Virus record (IMG/VR): IMGVR_UViG_3300030117_001886
Span: 16,251 to 80,250 of that record
Source of the DNA: a virus
DNA: 64,000 nucleotides
Reading direction: 5' to 3' (one strand)
This document shows, one piece after another, positions 1 through 8,533 of this stretch. The position numbers were made by a program, and so were the translations under genes. Each line of letters starts with the position of its first letter. Positions within the stretch are counted from its first letter, which is position 1. Under the pieces are notes generated by a model. That model was not told the origin of the DNA and ran no database searches. It saw only the letters and a list, made by a program, of their open reading frames with translations.

Positions 1-1369
1 TAGTTATTACCTCAACCTTCATACCTTGGAACAAAGTTTTTACAGACTCATTCTTAAGTCTAGGGTCTGGGCCAAACTTAGGCTTGAGTTGTTCTTGATC
101 AATAATGTTAGACAATCTACCAAGTACACTACCGCTATCAGCTTTAGTCAAGACTTGCTTACAAGCTATCAACCAAGACACAAAGTCTGTTTGCTTTAGC
201 TCTTCTTGTACAATCTCACTAGCCTCATCAGCAGCTGCTTCAATTACAGACTTGATGTATGCTTTAGTGTTCTCATTCCATATCACCTTCTCACGCGACG
301 GCGTAACATCTACACCCTCTTGCAATACAATCTCTTCACCAGTATCTGGGTCATTGATTACTTGTCTTGCAGGACATTTGAAAGCAATAGGTCCCCACAT
401 CTGCTGCATCTCCAACTCACGAAAATCAACAAAGCCATAGTTAACACCAGTTGGTGCGCCTACATCTTTAGTTAATACAATATGCGGTTTACTAAACATA
501 TATGTATCAGAGATAATCAAGTTATCAGAGTTATGCATAATTTTTGGGTGAATGTTTTCTTCCCTTTCATAGCCATCTTCTGCAATACGCTTAAATTTAA
601 TGCTAGGCATATACATCAGCTGCTCTTCAACTGCATCACGATAGTCACGTCTGTTGTGTTTCTTCACACCAAACGATACTATAGTCTGATTCTTTGCATC
701 AGTAGGTACATAGTGCACTTTCGTTCCATCGCTAAGTACAACATGCGGGTTAGGCTTACCAGCCTCTGGGTTGAATGCAGGTACAATAAAGTCTGTCTTG
801 TAGTTGTAGCAATTCATCTTGAACCTTTTACCATTGTGTACAGTCTCTATAGTATAGAAATCTACACCAGTTGACAATGCAACCTTGGCACCAAGGCCAA
901 ATGCACCGAAGTTCTCAGCTGTGTTACGCTTAGTTGAATAACCAAGCTCAAGCACACCTTCCAAACGACGTGCACCAATACCAACACCATGATCATGTAT
1001 ACTAACTACATCGCAGTATCCTGTTCCTTCATTCTCTTTGTATGTAATTAGTACGTCATTGTTCTCTGTGTCTAGATGATCTAGATCGTAGTAACTTATA
1101 TCAAAGTTACTATCACTATATTGTTCGCCGTGGCGTTCAATATAATAATCTTCAGCTTTTGCTTGACCAGTTAGTATCTCTATAGCTATCTCTTTCTCAC
1201 GTTGCGCGTCAGCGCCGTTGGTAGCCAACTCTCTCACTGTGGATGGGATAGGTGTAGAGTACTGCGTAGATTGCAAAATGTCAAAGACCATTTTTTCTGC
1301 GCCCTTGTTAATCTTCTTAGCAAGGCCTTCAGATCCTTTGATCTGTTTGTCAATTGTTTTTATACTCAT
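1..1369 (-). CDS. rIIA-like protein with N-terminal GHKL/HSP90-type ATPase domain (3'-truncated by window edge)
   Basis: Not in the ORF track because it has no stop in the window. Manual translation from ATG 1369 gives MSIKTIDKQIKGSEGLAKK..., with GHKL motifs 'STVRELATNGADA', 'IHDHGVGIG', 'GYSTKRNTAENFGAFGLGAK' and the rIIA-type 'VDVTPSREKV'. Confidence 0.8.
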   Translation of the reverse strand, partial: MSIKTIDKQIKGSEGLAKKINKGAEKMVFDILQSTQYSTPIPSTVRELATNGADAQREKEIAIEILTGQAKAEDYYIERHGEQYSDSNFDISYYDLDHLDTENNDVLITYKENEGTGYCDVVSIHDHGVGIGARRLEGVLELGYSTKRNTAENFGAFGLGAKVALSTGVDFYTIETVHNGKRFKMNCYNYKTDFIVPAFNPEAGKPNPHVVLSDGTKVHYVPTDAKNQTIVSFGVKKHNRRDYRDAVEEQLMYMPSIKFKRIAEDGYEREENIHPKIMHNSDNLIISDTYMFSKPHIVLTKDVGAPTGVNYGFVDFRELEMQQMWGPIAFKCPARQVINDPDTGEEIVLQEGVDVTPSREKVIWNENTKAYIKSVIEAAADEASEIVQEELKQTDFVSWLIACKQVLTKADSGSVLGRLSNIIDQEQLKPKFGPDPRLKNESVKTLFQGMKVEVIT

Positions 1370-1380
1370 AATTTTACAAT

Positions 1381-1404
1381 AAAAAAGGGAGCTATTTGCT
1401 CCCT
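1381..1404 (-). terminator. Rho-independent terminator-like hairpin
   Basis: Minus strand AGGGAGC-AAATA-GCTCCCT followed by a T run; overlaps the stop of 1392..1844. Confidence 0.6.
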
Positions 1405-1844
1405 AAGTTTTTAATTAATTCTATGGTTTTTAGTACCTGGCCCTGATTCTTGGGCAGGTATAGTACTGGTGGATCTTCCAGTTGCATCAAATGATTTTTA
1501 AACATCTTCCATTTGATGGGAAAAACGTCGTTAGCGTAACCCTTGACCTCTATAATCCATTTACCATTAGGGTCAACAAAGTCAGGTGTGTATGTTATAT
1601 CTCTAACTTTTTTAGTATTATCTACATATCCTTTTCTTTTATCAGGCTCATAACATTCTGCCTCATAATGAAATCCTTGTAGTAGTATATACTTTTTCTT
1701 TTCGTATAGAGATTTTATACCTGCATCCTCTAGTTTCATATACGTAAAAAGTTCAAGCTTAGACCTGAACTTAATACCTTTATAAACCTTAGCGGTAGCA
1801 TTTTGTACCTTTTTGTTTTTTGATTTACGCGTTCTTCGTTTCAC
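1392..1844 (-). CDS. PD-(D/E)xK endonuclease (DUF1064-like)
   Basis: 'GIKFRSKLE', 'ITYTPDFV...IIEVKG' motifs. Confidence 0.8.
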   Translation of the reverse strand: MKRRTRKSKNKKVQNATAKVYKGIKFRSKLELFTYMKLEDAGIKSLYEKKKYILLQGFHYEAECYEPDKRKGYVDNTKKVRDITYTPDFVDPNGKWIIEVKGYANDVFPIKWKMFKNHLMQLEDPPVLYLPKNQGQVLKTIELIKNLGSK

Positions 1845-2836
1845 TATAATTGTATGTCTATCAATGTTTTTAATCCTCCTGTTTCCTTAAATTTAGCAAT
1901 ATAATCTGACAAATCTTTTACTCCATAATCCTCTGGTAAATAAATATTTCTTATTGGATAATATTTTTTACATATCTTAGCAGCCATGGTCTGACCAGGA
2001 TTGCTTGGATTAGTAAAATCGTTATCATAAAATACTGCTAGCTTTTCAAATCGTTGTTTGAGTTCTTCTATTATTTCCCTGCTTGGCAACTGCATTTCTG
2101 ATTGCATGGCGACAGCGGGGATACCCATCTCGAAGAGGCACATAACGTCTTTGAGACTAGATGTAATAATACAGAGATTCCCTGTTTTAGGTAATTGATC
2201 ATATCCTTGAATTTGTTTAGAGTTAGTGTTACTCATCCACTTTACCTCATCACGAGGTGAGTAGATTTTGTATTTAGTTCCTATCTTATATGCATAGCTG
2301 AGGTTACAACTAAATCTACTTTCATTTATCCAGTAGTGCGAGATAGGGCTAACTGCAAACTTAATCAAAGTTTTCTTACTAATCAAGTACTGAGACCAAA
2401 ATTCTGCATCTTTTCTCATCCAGGGCCTAGTTTTCTTACGTATTACAACAACTCGTTTGTTTTCTACACGCATAGAAGACTTGTATCCAAGATAGCCTTT
2501 AGTAAAAGCCATCTCTTCTTTGTATGAAGAAAGATTCAAACCAAAATCGTTATCAATAATTCTAAGAGCTGAATAAAAACTACAATTATATACAGCCATT
2601 ACATATCCAAAGCAGTCAAATGTATGATCGGGATGGGCCCAATCTTTGTAGAGAAGTTTGCCGCGCCATAGTACAATACTAACGCCGGGTCTATCATCCT
2701 TTCTAAGTTCACTACAAAACTTAACTCCTATTTCTTTAAAAGAAGAACAGTAATAGCTAAAAATATCTATCTCTCTGATTTTACTCAGAACCATTTCTTT
2801 GGACAGATGATCTTCACTGCTTCTATTCTTAATCAT
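1844..2836 (-). CDS. dnaG: DNA primase (TOPRIM)
   Basis: N-terminal 'SELRKDDRPGVSI...YKDWA...DCFGYVM'; TOPRIM-like 'IITSSLKDVMCL', 'FYDND', 'KDLSDY'; typical crAss-like primase. Confidence 0.8.
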   Translation of the reverse strand: MIKNRSSEDHLSKEMVLSKIREIDIFSYYCSSFKEIGVKFCSELRKDDRPGVSIVLWRGKLLYKDWAHPDHTFDCFGYVMAVYNCSFYSALRIIDNDFGLNLSSYKEEMAFTKGYLGYKSSMRVENKRVVVIRKKTRPWMRKDAEFWSQYLISKKTLIKFAVSPISHYWINESRFSCNLSYAYKIGTKYKIYSPRDEVKWMSNTNSKQIQGYDQLPKTGNLCIITSSLKDVMCLFEMGIPAVAMQSEMQLPSREIIEELKQRFEKLAVFYDNDFTNPSNPGQTMAAKICKKYYPIRNIYLPEDYGVKDLSDYIAKFKETGGLKTLIDIQL

Positions 2837-2843
2837 AGGGCTA

Positions 2844-2851
2844 CAAATGTA
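2844..2851 (-). promoter_or_regulatory. Bacteroidota sigma -7 element (TACATTTG)
   Basis: Matches TAnnTTTG, 7 nt upstream of the primase ATG. Confidence 0.5.
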
Positions 2852-2852
2852 A

Positions 2853-2887
2853 TAAAAAATGGGGAGCTATTACACTCCCCACTTTTT
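2853..2887 (-). terminator. Terminator hairpin after SSB gene
   Basis: TGGGGAG...CTCCCCA stem flanked by A and T runs. Confidence 0.6.
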
Positions 2888-2907
2888 ATGGCCATATTAC
2901 TATAATT

Positions 2908-3660
2908 TTATGATACCCAGTCATCATCTTCTGAGATAGTATCAGTCTCTGCATCTGGTGTTACAACAGCTAGTTGAGGACTAAATACTCCCCATGCTAG
3001 TGTAGTATCAAACTCTGCATTGAAAGCTCCATACTCATCGTTAATCTTCTTAACAAACAAGTCGTCTCTCTGAGGCTTAACTCTACCAAAGAACTTAGTG
3101 TATACAGATTGATACTTACCATCTTTTACACCAACTAATAGTCTTATTTCATTGTTAGAAAGTAATCCAACCAAAGCACGAACTTCAGTTACATCACCTT
3201 TTGCAATCTTTTCTATAGTTTCAAAGTAAGCTTCGTCGCCATTAGCAACATTAGCCCACGCTTTAGTAAAGTCTACCAAAGTATCCTCACCAATGCGCGC
3301 CTTGCGTAACCCTTCTTTCTTAAACCATTCGTATGTTGGTTCTCCATCAGAGTAACATGTTTGACCAATAGCATTAATCCATTGATTCTTTCCAGACTGA
3401 GATACACGCTCAGTTGGGTTCATAAGAATATCAAATCTAGTAGTTAGATCATCATTCTTAACCCAAAAGGTTAATTTAAAATATTCAGTACCATTTAAGT
3501 CTGCGTAATAGTTAGGCTCACTTTTTACCATGATACCCAATTCATGCAATTGATCCATAGTAGGATTAACTGCAATCACTTTAAAATTTGCCAGGCCAGA
3601 GTATAATTTTATACCACCACCTGATACTTCGACATTGCTGTCATTGCTTTTAATTGCCAT
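2908..3660 (-). CDS. Probable single-stranded DNA-binding protein
   Basis: Acidic/aromatic C-terminal tail (ISEDDDWVS) and position between the Sak4-like ATPase and primase, as in crAss-like phages. Confidence 0.55.
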   Translation of the reverse strand: MAIKSNDSNVEVSGGGIKLYSGLANFKVIAVNPTMDQLHELGIMVKSEPNYYADLNGTEYFKLTFWVKNDDLTTRFDILMNPTERVSQSGKNQWINAIGQTCYSDGEPTYEWFKKEGLRKARIGEDTLVDFTKAWANVANGDEAYFETIEKIAKGDVTEVRALVGLLSNNEIRLLVGVKDGKYQSVYTKFFGRVKPQRDDLFVKKINDEYGAFNAEFDTTLAWGVFSPQLAVVTPDAETDTISEDDDWVS

Positions 3661-3678
3661 AATAAACTAGTTTAATAA

Positions 3679-4059
3679 TTAAAATTCATCTTCTTCACCA
3701 AACTCACCTATAAAAGGATCTTCTTCTTGTAGTTCTGGTGTAGCTTCTACAGTCATAGATGCTTCTGTGTGTACATCTACATCTGGTGCAGTTTCTACAG
3801 GGATACTAGTCTGGTTAGGATCTACAGCTGTATCATCTACAAAGTTGAAAGAAAGTTTTCTTACCTTCTTAGCTTTTTTGCCTTTCAATGTTGGGTGTTC
3901 AAACATTTGTTTTACTTCCCAAGCTTGTAAGCCATACTTGTCTTTGATACCGTTACGATCAATACCATTGTCTAGATCTTCCAAGATCATAGATACTGTA
4001 ATAGTGTTTGGTGTTTCGTTTTTTTGCGTCTCCTCGCCAGGCGTTCTTGCTTCAATCAT
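3679..4059 (-). CDS. Hypothetical protein (possible HTH, acidic C-terminus)
   Basis: 126-aa ORF in the operon; 'GIDRNGIKDKYGLQAWEVKQMF' is HTH-like. Confidence 0.6.
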   Translation of the reverse strand: MIEARTPGEETQKNETPNTITVSMILEDLDNGIDRNGIKDKYGLQAWEVKQMFEHPTLKGKKAKKVRKLSFNFVDDTAVDPNQTSIPVETAPDVDVHTEASMTVEATPELQEEDPFIGEFGEEDEF

Positions 4060-4078
4060 GATTTTTTAATTTAAGCGG

Positions 4079-4777
4079 TTAATCAATAAATATTTCTGAC
4101 CATTTTAAAGGCATGGTCTTACCTTTTAAGTGGTGACAACGTGAGCCAGCAGTTACATCATCCATAGAGTTGAAAGAAACCATAGTCTCATCATCCTCTC
4201 TGTAGATGTAGCCAACAGCGTCAGCGTTAGCACATGTTATCTGCTTGATCTTACCAGTCAAATCAAGGTCCTTTACAGCAACCTCTTTGCCTTTCTTCTC
4301 AAGCATTTTGTCCTTTAGGTGACCAACTAAGATAACATGATCTGCTAGTGTATTCAATCTATCTATCCATTTCTTGTAGGCTATACGTAAATATAAATAG
4401 CCAGCACCATTTGGCAATGATAGGACTGATGCACCAGGGTTCTTTTGTTCAAAGTTTTTACCCATAGGTGTTTTCATATAAATTTGTTTAGCTTCTGCTT
4501 CACACCATTCCTCAAGTTTTGAGATAGTGTCAATAGCAACATACTTATATGGTTTGCCATCTTTTACAATAGCTTTACCAACCTCAGCAAGTTCTTTCAA
4601 GTTACTAACTTTGATCTTCAAAGCATCAACCATGTCTGAACCTTCTTCAAGGTCAATAATCAAACAGTCTTTCAACTGCGATAATACTGTAGTCTTACCT
4701 ATCTTAGGTGGACCATAGATTATCATGTTCTTAGGCGATTTACGGCTCGCCTTAACCACAGTTTTTGGTAATTCCAT
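4079..4777 (-). CDS. AAA_24/Sak4-like ATPase (ssDNA annealing/recombination)
   Basis: Walker A 'YGPPKIGKTT', 'IIDLEEGS', Walker B 'VAIDTIS', 'ILVGH'. Confidence 0.8.
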   Translation of the reverse strand: MELPKTVVKASRKSPKNMIIYGPPKIGKTTVLSQLKDCLIIDLEEGSDMVDALKIKVSNLKELAEVGKAIVKDGKPYKYVAIDTISKLEEWCEAEAKQIYMKTPMGKNFEQKNPGASVLSLPNGAGYLYLRIAYKKWIDRLNTLADHVILVGHLKDKMLEKKGKEVAVKDLDLTGKIKQITCANADAVGYIYREDDETMVSFNSMDDVTAGSRCHHLKGKTMPLKWSEIFID

Positions 4778-5724
4778 TATGTACGTTCTTTAATAGTGAA
4801 TGTATTTAGTTCTGCTTCATAGCCTATCATACCAAGTAACCCATCACGGTTCTTCTCTACATGACATGCTAGCAAGCCTTTAGGATTTTCACCACAATAC
4901 TCTGCCGTTATACCGTATAGATCATGCGGGCGTTGTAACATCATAACAACATGTGCATCTTGACCAATACTGTCACCACCAAATAGATCTGACAGCATAG
5001 GTTGGTATTGATTCTTTGCACGATGTTCTTGCTCAATGTTACGATTGAGTTGTGATAATAGTATGTTGACTGCGCCCATAGTAGACTGCATCCACATACA
5101 TCCTTTTGATATAGTATTTAGTTTCTTTAGTTCTGTATCTTCGCTTCCTCGTATTAGTCTTGAATGATCAAATATGTTTATTATTGTAGTTGTAGGTTTA
5201 CTTAGTTGTATCTCTTCGTTTGCGTTCATTATATATTCCATTGTCCTCGGCACATTATTAAAGTATATAGGATAGTTCCCATACTTCATAACTTTCTTTG
5301 CGTAGCTTTGAAAGTCCATGTCTGAAAGTCTTTTGTTTATTGACAGTAAATCTGCCATCTCTTTCTTTACATCTTTTGATGCGGACCTCATCACTTGCTG
5401 ATAACCAGGCATCTCAAATGTCCAATAAAGAACAACAATATTTTTATCCTTATTGTTGTCTAGTACATCAAAGATTAACTGATTACTAAATGCGGACTTA
5501 CCCACACCGGGGCGCCCTGCTATAACATACATCTTACCACGTTGTAGACCACCAAGAAGATTGCGATTGAGTCTAGGCCATAGAGTTGGTAATACATCAC
5601 GTTTACCAAGTTTAGCTTCTTTGACTATTGCGATTGATTGCTTTACAGCTTTGTCTATCTTCTGGAACCCACGGGTAGAGAATACGTCATAGCTTTCTGC
5701 TGATACGTTCTCTTTTTTCTCCAT
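4777..5724 (-). CDS. dnaB: Replicative DnaB-like helicase
   Basis: 'IAGRPGVGKS', 'FEM', 'LSQLNR', 'GDSIGQDAHVV', 'KNRDG'. Confidence 0.9.
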   Translation of the reverse strand: MEKKENVSAESYDVFSTRGFQKIDKAVKQSIAIVKEAKLGKRDVLPTLWPRLNRNLLGGLQRGKMYVIAGRPGVGKSAFSNQLIFDVLDNNKDKNIVVLYWTFEMPGYQQVMRSASKDVKKEMADLLSINKRLSDMDFQSYAKKVMKYGNYPIYFNNVPRTMEYIMNANEEIQLSKPTTTIINIFDHSRLIRGSEDTELKKLNTISKGCMWMQSTMGAVNILLSQLNRNIEQEHRAKNQYQPMLSDLFGGDSIGQDAHVVMMLQRPHDLYGITAEYCGENPKGLLACHVEKNRDGLLGMIGYEAELNTFTIKERT

Positions 5725-6199
5725 CTTCTACATTTTCATACTTTTCCCAAGTATAATTATTTAACCAAGTTTCTATGTTCTGCATATACGCTATGTCTTG
5801 AACCTTTAGCTGATTGTTTAAGCATTTGATAATATACTTATGTACATGTGGTTTGTTTGCCACAAGTTTTGAGTATCTTTTCTTTGCTTTTTTGTTGCTA
5901 GCAGCGTCTGGATTTTTTGCACAGAGTACACGCACATTACCTGATGACGTTGTAACTCTATTAGGGTAAATACTTATTAGTTCTGCAAACATTGCATCTA
6001 CATCGGATACAAACAAATCAAGAAACTTTTCAGTAACTGTATTTTCATTTACCCATCCGCGTAGTTGCAAGTCTGCTGGATCATATTTAAGTTTTACTTT
6101 GTCTAAGAGATTTTGTGCATTCTTATACACAATATACAAGTATACATACTCATCAGGAGATAAATTATTTTCTGATATTAGTCTGATATTCAGGTCCAT
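5687..6199 (-). CDS. Hypothetical protein, possible replication initiator/helicase loader
   Basis: Immediately upstream of dnaB; C-terminal 'YMQNIETWLNNYTWEKY' resembles phage replisome-organiser tails. Confidence 0.5.
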   Translation of the reverse strand: MDLNIRLISENNLSPDEYVYLYIVYKNAQNLLDKVKLKYDPADLQLRGWVNENTVTEKFLDLFVSDVDAMFAELISIYPNRVTTSSGNVRVLCAKNPDAASNKKAKKRYSKLVANKPHVHKYIIKCLNNQLKVQDIAYMQNIETWLNNYTWEKYENVEDGEKRERISRKL

Positions 6200-6219
6200 A
6201 GCATATAAATTTACGAAAA

Positions 6220-6447
6220 TTAATATTCAATTCCAAGATTTTTTGCTTGCAATCTTCTATCTTCTTCTTCAATTACAACTGCATACAAATTCATAATATC
6301 ATCCAAAGTACAATCACAATTAAACTCTTTAGCCACAAGATCTGGCAACTCAGTTAAACATCTTGTTTCGTATTTTTCATGAACTAGCAGCACTGCTATT
6401 TCTAACATCTCTTTAGGTAATTTACCTTGTGTAACTTCTATAACCAT
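6220..6447 (-). CDS. Hypothetical protein
   Basis: 75-aa ORF, overlapping-operon spacing. Confidence 0.6.
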   Translation of the reverse strand: MVIEVTQGKLPKEMLEIAVLLVHEKYETRCLTELPDLVAKEFNCDCTLDDIMNLYAVVIEEEDRRLQAKNLGIEY

Positions 6448-7619
6448 TTTACATTATTTAAGGATTTAACACTACTTTTTAACCACTTCTCTTCCTGACT
6501 ATCTTTTACATATAGTACATATATCTTACCAATCTTACCTTCTTGGTACCTGATAATCCTACCCACTCTCTGTATCATAGTTAGCCCTTTGCTGGTTAAT
6601 CCACATATTACAGCCATTGTTGCATCTGCTACATCAAACCCTTGATTCAAAGCCTTAGTAGAGCATAGCACAGGTTTATCACCTGATCTAAAATCTGCTA
6701 GCGCTTGTTCTTTTGCTTTCTTACGTATACCGCTATGGTATATAGTAGAAAAAGGTTCTGTAGCATCTGCAAGTTTATTTGTAAACTCATTGTCACCACC
6801 AAACACAAGTATTTTTTCACCTATGTTCTTGATAACAATCTTTTGCAATGCAGCAATCTTACCATCGGCATGGTCTACTACAGCTTTACGTTGTCTAATA
6901 GCTCTGTAAAACTGTGCGGCTGCTGCTTTTTGTTCGTTTGTAGCTGTATTCTTGCCTGGCCCCATAATGTACTTTGCCTGATCAAACGCATCAAATTGTC
7001 CAAGAATATATTTAGAGTAAACAAAAGTATTGTTTGCTTTCTTATAATCTTTTTGTTCTGAATCTGTTAGTTTGATAGGTACGCAATGTACTACATAGGG
7101 AGACACTAATCCCAACTCAACACATTTGTCAAGTGAGATTCTATACACCACAGGAGACATTTCATACAATACCTCTTTGTATTCTATATCTTCTGGCGGT
7201 GTTGCAGTCATACATAATAATCTATCCCAAGTATTGTTCTCAAAAAACTTACGATACTCAGGAGACAAGCCTAGATGTATTTCATCACAAACCACCACGG
7301 TGTAATGATTACTCTCTAACTTATATGCAGACTGATAACATACTATATCAACACGATCTAAAACGTGTTCATAGTTCCATTTTATAAACTCTTGTTTAAA
7401 TTGTTCTTGAAGCTGATGTGTAGGCACTAGCACAAGACCCTTGCCAGACTCAGTACTATCCAAAGTTTTACCAACGGCAATAACTCCACATCTAGACTTA
7501 CCAAAACCGGTACCAGCAATAATGCTGCCACTAAACTTATGTTTAGCCCAATTATTAAGAGCTCTCTTTTGTTCTTCATCTTTTATTTTAATTAGCTTAG
7601 ACATTATTTGCACTTCCAT
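6438..7619 (-). CDS. Superfamily 2 (DExH) helicase
   Basis: 'AGTGFGKS', 'VCDEIH', 'MTAT', 'LNQGFDV', 'IQRVGRIIR'. Confidence 0.9.
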   Translation of the reverse strand: MEVQIMSKLIKIKDEEQKRALNNWAKHKFSGSIIAGTGFGKSRCGVIAVGKTLDSTESGKGLVLVPTHQLQEQFKQEFIKWNYEHVLDRVDIVCYQSAYKLESNHYTVVVCDEIHLGLSPEYRKFFENNTWDRLLCMTATPPEDIEYKEVLYEMSPVVYRISLDKCVELGLVSPYVVHCVPIKLTDSEQKDYKKANNTFVYSKYILGQFDAFDQAKYIMGPGKNTATNEQKAAAAQFYRAIRQRKAVVDHADGKIAALQKIVIKNIGEKILVFGGDNEFTNKLADATEPFSTIYHSGIRKKAKEQALADFRSGDKPVLCSTKALNQGFDVADATMAVICGLTSKGLTMIQRVGRIIRYQEGKIGKIYVLYVKDSQEEKWLKSSVKSLNNVKWL

Positions 7620-7867
7620 AAGTTTACCGTCCTTTCTGTTTGAGTATCATAAAAATCACCAGCATGTTCTACCAATCCCTTCTCACGAAGCTCTGATACA
7701 CGTCCTGTAACTCTGTTAATATCCCAATCTAGTTTTTTAGCAATCATTCTGTTAGTGGCCTGCCCAAGATCTACATGTAATACTTTTAAAACTTGTGCCT
7801 GTCTTTTACTAATTGTACCCTCGTCAAATAACTTTTGATAGGAGGATACTGATTTATCATTTACCAT
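7604..7867 (-). CDS. Winged-helix DNA-binding protein
   Basis: 'ATNRMIAKKLDWDINRVTGRVSELREKGLV'. Confidence 0.7.
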   Translation of the reverse strand: MVNDKSVSSYQKLFDEGTISKRQAQVLKVLHVDLGQATNRMIAKKLDWDINRVTGRVSELREKGLVEHAGDFYDTQTERTVNLWKCK

Positions 7868-8099
7868 ATATGTTTTCTTCTATTTCTTCACTAATATGTT
7901 CAGAGCAAGCTATACCAGTCTTTTCTAAGAAAGGTAGTATATCTACAGTTCTATAGCTTGAAGAGTCCTTTTCCATAGCATGTATAAATACACGATGAAC
8001 GATCACTCCACCTACATACCCTGTAGTATCATCTGCTTCTGAATAGTCATACTCAGCTTGAAGACTATAATCTTGTATTTCAAACTCATATAAATTCAT
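7857..8099 (-). CDS. Hypothetical protein
   Basis: 80-aa ORF, overlaps both neighbours. Confidence 0.6.
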   Translation of the reverse strand: MNLYEFEIQDYSLQAEYDYSEADDTTGYVGGVIVHRVFIHAMEKDSSSYRTVDILPFLEKTGIACSEHISEEIEENIYGK

Positions 8100-8533
8100 G
8101 TTAGTAATTCTTTTACGTTAATAATTTGTTCTTTTAGTTCCTTATTTTCATGTTCGAGATATTCTACACGAGCTGCAAACTTTGCAATCATGTCATCTTT
8201 ATCATTACAATCAGACATGCCTTTAATACCTACAGCTACTTCACATATACCAAAAAATTCTGCATATGGTTTATCTACATCCATAAGATCAGCGTGTACC
8301 TTGAATGCATGTAACACAGTAGAGTGATCTCTATGAAACACGCCAGCATTTACAGTCGTACTATAATGCAACTTATCATTGATAAGAACCATGCATATAC
8401 GTCTTGCTGCAACTACCTCGCCTTGTCTTGTTTTACCTCTAATTTTACTAATAGGAACTTCAGTTAGCCTAGATACTGTAGCAAGTATTCTTGCAACGTT
8501 TGCATCTAGTTTATATAATTTTACTTTTCCCAT
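8096..8533 (-). CDS. Stand-alone DnaA C-terminal (domain IV) HTH protein
   Basis: 'IRGKTRQGEVVAARRICMVL...FHRDHSTVLHA' is the DnaA domain IV signature; C-terminal coiled coil; no AAA+ domain. Confidence 0.8.
   Translation of the reverse strand: MGKVKLYKLDANVARILATVSRLTEVPISKIRGKTRQGEVVAARRICMVLINDKLHYSTTVNAGVFHRDHSTVLHAFKVHADLMDVDKPYAEFFGICEVAVGIKGMSDCNDKDDMIAKFAARVEYLEHENKELKEQIINVKELLT

Noticed and set aside
105-1682. Plus-strand ORFs in the left arm (105..440, 482..874, etc.)
   Set aside because: Antisense shadows of the rIIA-like and nuclease genes.
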